From Clostridia bacterium (GTDB lineage Bacteria > Bacillota > Clostridia > Oscillospirales > CAG-272): 64,000 nucleotides of DNA. A program made the translations under genes and the position numbers. The DNA is taken from NCBI GenBank assembly GCA_017502875.1, contig JAFVUF010000017.1, forward strand, positions 32,772 through 96,771. Direction: 5' to 3'. Each line of letters begins with the position of its first letter. The stretch's first letter is position 1. The notes under the pieces are model-generated. The model was not told the DNA's origin. It saw only the letters and a program-made list of their open reading frames with translations, and made no database searches. Below, piece after piece: positions 58,092 to 64,000 of the stretch.

Positions 58092-59819
58092 ATGAGACGC
58101 CTCCTCTCTTATATGAAAAAATACCGCAAGGAATCCTTTATAGCTCCGTTATTTAAACTGCTTGAAGCTTCCTTTGAGCTGATAGTTCCGCTTATAATCG
58201 CCGCGCTTATCGACAAAGGAATAGAAACAAAAAACGTTTCGCTCATTGTAAAATACAGCTTTATTCTCGTTTTACTTGCCGTTATCGGTTGGGTATGCGC
58301 GGTAATAGCGCAGTATTACGCGGCAAAGGCGGCTGTCGGAACAACGGCAGAAATCAAAAGCTCGCTTTTCCGTAAAATACAGTCGCTTTCAAACACCGAA
58401 TATGACACTCTTGGAAATTCAACGATGATTACGAGAATGACCTCGGACTGTAATCAAGTACAGAACGCCGTCAACCTCTTTCTCCGCCTTTTCCTCCGCG
58501 CTCCGATAATCGTTTTCGGCGCGATGATAATGGCATTTACCGTTTCGCCGAGGGCAGCGCTGATATTCGTGGCGGTTATTCCTTTACTCGCAATCGTTGT
58601 ATACGGAATAATGCTACTTACAGTTCCGCTTTACAAAAAGGTGCAGAGTAAGCTCGACTCACTTCTTGCAATTACAAGAGAAAATTTAAACGGCGCTCGT
58701 GTAATAAGAGCCTTCTGCCGAGAAGATGACGAAACCGAGCGTTTTGATAAGACAAACACTGAGCTTTCCACTATGCAGCGCTTTGTAGGAAAGCTTTCCG
58801 CCCTTACAAATCCCGTAACCTTTTTACTGATAAACGTCGCAATAATAGTCCTTATTTACGTCGGCGCTATTCAGGTAAACGTAGGCGAGCTTTCACAGGG
58901 CGAGGTAATAGCTCTTTACAACTACATGTCTCAGATACTTGTTGAGCTTATAAAGCTCGCTAACCTTATCGTAACTGTTACGAAGGGTGTTGCGAGTATG
59001 CACCGCATAGACTCCGTTATGGAGCTTAAATCCTCAATAAGCTTTGACGGTAACGGCGCTGTTGAAAATGGAAGCGTAGTATTTAAAAACGTCGGTCTTA
59101 CCTATAAAAACGCGGGAGCACCCTCGCTTACAGACATAAGTTTTGAGGCAAAAGCGGGTGATACTGTAGGTATAATCGGAGGCACAGGCTCGGGTAAATC
59201 TTCAGTTATAAATCTTATTCCTCGTTTTTATGAAGCAACCGAGGGCGAGATACTTATCGACGGAAAGGATATTAAGAGCTTTTCCGAGGACGGACTTCGG
59301 GATATGATAGGCGTAGTGCCGCAGCACGCCAAGCTTTTTAAGGGAACAATAAGGGATAATATAAGGGTTGGTAACCAAAACGCGACGGACGATGAAATCA
59401 CCGAGGCGTTAAAGGAAGCTCAGGCTTACGACTTCGTCAAGGAAAAGGACGGTTATCTTGACTATATGATTGAAAGCGGCGGAAGGAATCTATCAGGCGG
59501 TCAAAAGCAAAGATTAACTGTTGCAAGAGCTATCGTACGTAAGCCTCGTATACTCATTCTTGACGATAGCGCCTCGGCGCTTGACTATCGAACAGACGCA
59601 GCTCTGCGGGAAGCTATAAAAGGGCTCAGCTTCCGTCCGACCACCTTCATAGTCTCGCAAAGAGCTTCATCGGTACTGCACGCAGATAAGATTCTTGTGC
59701 TTGAGGACGGTGAATGCGTGGGCTACGGAACTCACGGTGAGCTTATCGAAGGCTGTGAGGTTTATAAGGAAATATATTACTGTCAGTTCCCCGATGAAAT
59801 GAAAGGGGGCGCAAGATAA
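58092..59819 (+). CDS. ABC exporter, fused permease/ATPase (heterodimer partner 1)
   Basis: 575 aa with six TM helices, then Walker A GGTGSGKSS and signature LSGGQKQR. Confidence 0.9.
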   Translation: MRRLLSYMKKYRKESFIAPLFKLLEASFELIVPLIIAALIDKGIETKNVSLIVKYSFILVLLAVIGWVCAVIAQYYAAKAAVGTTAEIKSSLFRKIQSLSNTEYDTLGNSTMITRMTSDCNQVQNAVNLFLRLFLRAPIIVFGAMIMAFTVSPRAALIFVAVIPLLAIVVYGIMLLTVPLYKKVQSKLDSLLAITRENLNGARVIRAFCREDDETERFDKTNTELSTMQRFVGKLSALTNPVTFLLINVAIIVLIYVGAIQVNVGELSQGEVIALYNYMSQILVELIKLANLIVTVTKGVASMHRIDSVMELKSSISFDGNGAVENGSVVFKNVGLTYKNAGAPSLTDISFEAKAGDTVGIIGGTGSGKSSVINLIPRFYEATEGEILIDGKDIKSFSEDGLRDMIGVVPQHAKLFKGTIRDNIRVGNQNATDDEITEALKEAQAYDFVKEKDGYLDYMIESGGRNLSGGQKQRLTVARAIVRKPRILILDDSASALDYRTDAALREAIKGLSFRPTTFIVSQRASSVLHADKILVLEDGECVGYGTHGELIEGCEVYKEIYYCQFPDEMKGGAR

Positions 59820-61618
59820 TGAAAAACAAAAACAAAATAAGTAAAGGCACCGTAAAAAGAATAATAAGCTACATCAAAGGTTACAAGCTTCTTTTTCTTG
59901 CGGCTCTACTGATGGGGGCAGTTAGCGTAGCGCTTTCACTATATATTCCGCTTCTCATCGGCGATGCTATCGACTTTATAACCTATAAGGATAACGTTCA
60001 GCTTGTTGAAATTTTCAGAATACTGATTACAGGCGCTATTTGCGTTTTTGTTGCGGCATTTTCTCAATGGATAATGAACATTATCAATAACAAGATAACA
60101 TATAACGTTATCCGCGATATTAGACGCGATGCCTTTGGCAAGCTTGAAAGACTTCCCCTCGGTTATATTGATACTCACCCAACGGGCGAAACTGTCAGCA
60201 GAATTATAAGCGATGTTGATCAGTTTGCCGACGGACTTTTAATGGGATTTTCTCAGCTGTTCACAGGCGCTCTTACCATTATCGGAACACTCGCCTTTAT
60301 GGTAACTATTAGCCCTTCGATTACCGTTATGGTCGTTGTTTTAACACCTATTTCCCTATTCGTTGCGGCGTTCATTGCTAAGAACACTCACGATATGTTT
60401 ATGCTCAGAGCAAAAACCAATGCCGAGCAGACTGCTTTTATTGACGAAACAATATCAGCTGAGGGTGTTGTAAGCGCTTTCGGTATTAAAGATGAAAAGC
60501 AGGCTCAGTTTGACGAGATAAACGAAAGATTTAAAAAATGCTCGGTAAGAGCGATATTCTTCTCATCACTCACCAACCCCTGTACCAGATTTGTAAACGC
60601 CATCGTTTACGCCGCTGTTGCTTTGGTAGGCGCTTTTTCGGTTTTGAATACCGACGGAAGCTTCGGATCTCTGCTTCCCTATATAACCGTCGGCGGTCTT
60701 TCCACCCTTTTAAGCTACGCAAATCAGTACACTAAGCCTTTTAACGAGATTTCAGGAGTTATTACCGAGCTTCAAAACTCTATTGCCTGTATTGACAGGG
60801 TTTTCACGCTTATTAACGAGGAGACCGAAATACCGGATAATGAAAACGCTTATTCTGACATCATACCAAGCGGAAAAATTGTATTTGATAACGTTTCCTT
60901 CTCGTATACTCCCGATAAAAAGCTTATTGAAAATCTCTCGCTTTACGTTGAAAGCGGTAAAAAGGTAGCGATAGTTGGACCGACAGGCTGCGGAAAAACC
61001 ACTCTTATTAACCTCATAATGCGCTTTTACGACGTAAATAATGGAAGTATATCGGTTGGATTTGATACAGAAAACGGTGAAACGGTTGCGGATATTCGAG
61101 ACATCAGGCGTAATTCACTTCGCTCGTGCTACGGAATGGTGCTCCAGGAAACGTGGCTTAAACGTGGAACGGTAAAGGATAATATTCTTATCGGTAAGCC
61201 CGACGCCACCGATGAGGAGATAGTTACAGCGGCAAAGGCGGCGCACGCGCATAGCTTTATTAAGCGTCTGCCAAACGGATACGACACCGTTATAGGCGAG
61301 GACGGCGGAAGCCTTTCACAAGGTCAAAAGCAGCTGCTCTGTATTACCAGAGTAATGCTCTGCATGCCTCCTATGCTCATTCTTGATGAGGCAACCTCCT
61401 CTATCGATACGAGAACTGAGCAGAAAATTCAGTCGGCGTTTAACACCATTATGCAAGGAAGAACGTCTTTTATCGTCGCTCACAGGCTTTCTACAATTCG
61501 CTCAGCCGACCTTATCTTAGTTATGAAGGACGGAAACGTAATAGAGCAAGGCACGCATGAGCAGCTTATAAATCAGAACGGCTTCTACGCTACGCTTCAC
61601 GCGGCTGGACAAAGCTAA
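59819..61618 (+). CDS. ABC exporter, fused permease/ATPase (heterodimer partner 2)
   Basis: 599 aa with Walker A GPTGCGKTT and signature LSQGQKQL. Its start overlaps the upstream stop (ATAATG). Confidence 0.9.
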   Translation: MKNKNKISKGTVKRIISYIKGYKLLFLAALLMGAVSVALSLYIPLLIGDAIDFITYKDNVQLVEIFRILITGAICVFVAAFSQWIMNIINNKITYNVIRDIRRDAFGKLERLPLGYIDTHPTGETVSRIISDVDQFADGLLMGFSQLFTGALTIIGTLAFMVTISPSITVMVVVLTPISLFVAAFIAKNTHDMFMLRAKTNAEQTAFIDETISAEGVVSAFGIKDEKQAQFDEINERFKKCSVRAIFFSSLTNPCTRFVNAIVYAAVALVGAFSVLNTDGSFGSLLPYITVGGLSTLLSYANQYTKPFNEISGVITELQNSIACIDRVFTLINEETEIPDNENAYSDIIPSGKIVFDNVSFSYTPDKKLIENLSLYVESGKKVAIVGPTGCGKTTLINLIMRFYDVNNGSISVGFDTENGETVADIRDIRRNSLRSCYGMVLQETWLKRGTVKDNILIGKPDATDEEIVTAAKAAHAHSFIKRLPNGYDTVIGEDGGSLSQGQKQLLCITRVMLCMPPMLILDEATSSIDTRTEQKIQSAFNTIMQGRTSFIVAHRLSTIRSADLILVMKDGNVIEQGTHEQLINQNGFYATLHAAGQS

Positions 61619-61707
61619 TAAATAACCGCATAAATGCGTATTATCACCCTAAAAGACTTACTGAATGAGGTAAAAACTTTTTTTACCTAAAATAAAGGAT
61701 TATAAAA

Positions 61708-64000
61708 ATGCTGAAACTAATCTACGGACCTCCCGGAAGCGGTAAGACGTATTATTCCGATTCACTTGCGCTCGAAGCGCTAAAGAACGGAAAAAAGGTT
61801 ATACTTCTCGTTCCTGAGCAGGAGGCAATAGAAGCGGAAAACCGTATCTATGACAGAGCTAACGACGCCAATATAGCTATTGAACGTCTAAGCGTCGTAT
61901 CCTTTCGCCGACTCGCGAATCTCGCTTTCAGAAAGCACGGCGGAATCGAATACGAGAGCATTGGCGAGGGCGGAAGGCTCGTGCTGCTTTGGCGTAGCAT
62001 TGAGGAGCTTGCTCCCCTGCTTAAATGCTACGGGGCGAGCCGGGACCGTTCATTCGTTGAGCTTATGCTCAAGGTTTGCGACGAGCTTAAGCGCTACTGT
62101 GTAACGGGAACCGCTATATCCGCCGCTTCTGACAGAGTAAGTGATGAACTTTTTAAAAATAAGCTTCACGACATTGCTCTGATATACACCTTTTATACTG
62201 CTCAAATGCAGTCTCTCTATTCCGACAGCTCGGACGACGTAAACAGACTTGCAGAGATTTACCGAACTGAAAAGCCCGACTCTGAAGAGGTTTTCTTCAT
62301 AGACTCTTTTAACGGCTTCACTTCTCCCGAGTTTAACGTCATCGAGTCGCTCATCAAATATTGCGACGTTACGGTAACTGTAAACAGATTCCGCGACGTC
62401 GGAAAAACGGGCTTTTTGACCGTTGAAAAGACGGAAAAGGAGTTAACTGAGCTTGCTAAAAAAACAGGCGTAAGCGTTGAGGTTTTAAACGTACTTGGCG
62501 AGGACGACCCGTATTCAAACGAAGAATTCAAGCTAATTAAAAGCAAGCTGTACGATTACGCATACCGTTCCGACGATTCATACGGCTCCGACAACGTTAA
62601 GCTTGCCGTATGTAAAGACGCCTTTTCCCAGGCGGAATATATAGCTATAAGCATTTGTAAGCTTATAAGAGAGGGCGCAAGATACAGAGATATAGCCGTT
62701 ATAAGCAGAAGCACTGAAAAATATGAGGGAGTTCTTGATGTTGTATTTGAAAAATACGGCATACCTCTTTTTCTTTCCGCGCGCTCTCCGCTTACCCGAA
62801 CTGCTCTTTACCGCGCGGTAAGCTCAGCTCTTGAGGTTATCGCAAGCGGCTTTCACACAGAGGACGTTATCAGCTATATAAAATCGGGTGTGTGCGGTCT
62901 TTCTCTTGAAGATATTGATTTAATTGAGAAGTACGTTTACCTTTGGAATATAGCCGGCAAACGTTGGACTGATGAAAACGATTGGACGATGAATCCAAAC
63001 GGCTTCACCGACAGAAAAAGCTCAAATGATAGCAATACTCTTGATAGGATAAATTCCATAAAAAGAAGTATAATTCTTCCTCTGACCGAGCTTGCCGAGG
63101 ACATCAAGGGTCAAAGCGCTAAGGAGGCATGTGTAGCGCTATATAATTTTTTAATCAAAAGCGGAATATCTGAGCATTTCAAGAAAAGCGCTGACCGAAG
63201 CGACGTTACGGTATATAACACCTTTATAAAGCTTATTGATACGCTTGCCAAAATCGCAAACGACATACCTGTAAACGCTCATATGCTTTCTTCCCTACTT
63301 TATCTGATGGCAAAAAACACCGATTACGGAAAAATCCCGTCAAGCTTTGACAGAGTAACCGCAGGAGACGCCTCGATAATCAGATGTAACGGAATTAAGC
63401 ACGTATTTCTTACCGACTGCGAAAGCGGTGTCTTTCCCGCGACTGTAACAGACGACAGCTTTTTTACCGATAAGGAAAAGGACTCCCTTTCCGAGCTTGG
63501 TATAAAGCTTTCTCCCGACATAAAAGAAAAAAACGACCTCGAAGCCTTTTATTTTTTAAGAAGCGCAGGCGGAGCAACAGATACGTTAACCGCCACCTTA
63601 TGCTTAAAAGACGGAAAGGCTTACGAGTCAATTGGATTTCAAAGACTTTGCGCCCTTTTCCCTAAAAATGAAATAATAAAATATCCCTCGCAAAGCAGCG
63701 TAACCGATAGATTTCAGTCAGTTGGCACCGCAAAGGAGCTGCTTGCCGCGCTTGGAAACACTGAGACGGGAGAGATACTTAAAGAGGTATTTAATGAGCT
63801 TGGTATATCCACAAATATAAATTCAAGTCCTATTTCTGACTGCAGTGAAACGCTGTCAGCCGATACTGTAAACAACCTATTTGGAAACGGAATAAATATG
63901 ACTTACTCACGTCTTGAAAGCTACGTAAAGTGTCCGTTTTCATATTTTTGCAACTATGTACTCAAGCTTCGACCTCAAAAATACAATTTCTTTATGGCTT
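61708..64000 (+). CDS. addB: ATP-dependent helicase/nuclease subunit B (3' end runs off the window)
   Basis: Open frame from ATG 61708 to the window edge reads MLKLIYGPPGSGKTYYSD...VILLVPEQ. Near the end, CPFSYFCNYVLKL marks the start of the AddB nuclease/Fe-S region. Not in the ORF track because there is no stop in the window. Confidence 0.85.
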   Translation, partial: MLKLIYGPPGSGKTYYSDSLALEALKNGKKVILLVPEQEAIEAENRIYDRANDANIAIERLSVVSFRRLANLAFRKHGGIEYESIGEGGRLVLLWRSIEELAPLLKCYGASRDRSFVELMLKVCDELKRYCVTGTAISAASDRVSDELFKNKLHDIALIYTFYTAQMQSLYSDSSDDVNRLAEIYRTEKPDSEEVFFIDSFNGFTSPEFNVIESLIKYCDVTVTVNRFRDVGKTGFLTVEKTEKELTELAKKTGVSVEVLNVLGEDDPYSNEEFKLIKSKLYDYAYRSDDSYGSDNVKLAVCKDAFSQAEYIAISICKLIREGARYRDIAVISRSTEKYEGVLDVVFEKYGIPLFLSARSPLTRTALYRAVSSALEVIASGFHTEDVISYIKSGVCGLSLEDIDLIEKYVYLWNIAGKRWTDENDWTMNPNGFTDRKSSNDSNTLDRINSIKRSIILPLTELAEDIKGQSAKEACVALYNFLIKSGISEHFKKSADRSDVTVYNTFIKLIDTLAKIANDIPVNAHMLSSLLYLMAKNTDYGKIPSSFDRVTAGDASIIRCNGIKHVFLTDCESGVFPATVTDDSFFTDKEKDSLSELGIKLSPDIKEKNDLEAFYFLRSAGGATDTLTATLCLKDGKAYESIGFQRLCALFPKNEIIKYPSQSSVTDRFQSVGTAKELLAALGNTETGEILKEVFNELGISTNINSSPISDCSETLSADTVNNLFGNGINMTYSRLESYVKCPFSYFCNYVLKLRPQKYNFFMA

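Noticed and set aside
62259-63521. Minus-strand ORFs inside 62259-63521
   Set aside because: They are antisense to the long open addB frame, which runs to the window edge.

Overview
This window looks like chromosome from a spore-forming Clostridia-type Firmicute: it has a spoIIIA operon, a type-A RNase P RNA and GGAGG-type ribosome-binding sites. Most of it is core metabolism and information processing. In order: obg (partial), ligA, rpmG-secE-nusG-rplK-rplA, a phosphofructokinase, a flavin-reductase/rubredoxin fusion, an AraC regulator, an arginine/carbamoyl-phosphate operon (argG-argJ-phosphatase-carA-carB), rnpB, murD, a WYL regulator with an SPFH/zinc-ribbon protein, an amidase, manA, mnmA, a luxS/methionine-recycling operon, uxaC, rlmA, an ABC-F ATPase, spoIIIAA-AG, pncB-hisS-aspS, a lipid glycosyltransferase, a 7-gene corrinoid-dependent methyltransferase cluster, a 2-hydroxyacid dehydrogenase, a NifS-like desulfurase, a displaced spoIIIAH, two ABC exporters and addB (partial). 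I found no rRNA, tRNA, CRISPR array or intact mobile element. Items that deserve a second look: (1) the methyltransferase cluster (46.7-54.3 kb), whose regulator is an AraC protein fused to a full B12-binding module copied from the pathway's own corrinoid protein; (2) four tandem 68-bp units at 35.84-36.10 kb, each with an SD-like motif, a small ORF and a conserved hairpin; (3) an unusual carbamoyl-phosphate synthetase, with CarA lacking its catalytic Cys and His and CarB fused in frame to DapF; (4) a structured, terminator-containing leader in front of an AT-rich orphan lipoprotein gene, next to a truncated metH; (5) a 79-nt near-identical inverted repeat 40 kb apart, derived from mobile-element gene fragments; (6) several breaks in conserved gene order (rplKA without rplJL, spoIIIAH separated from its operon). 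All functional calls rest on motifs read by eye; no database search was run.
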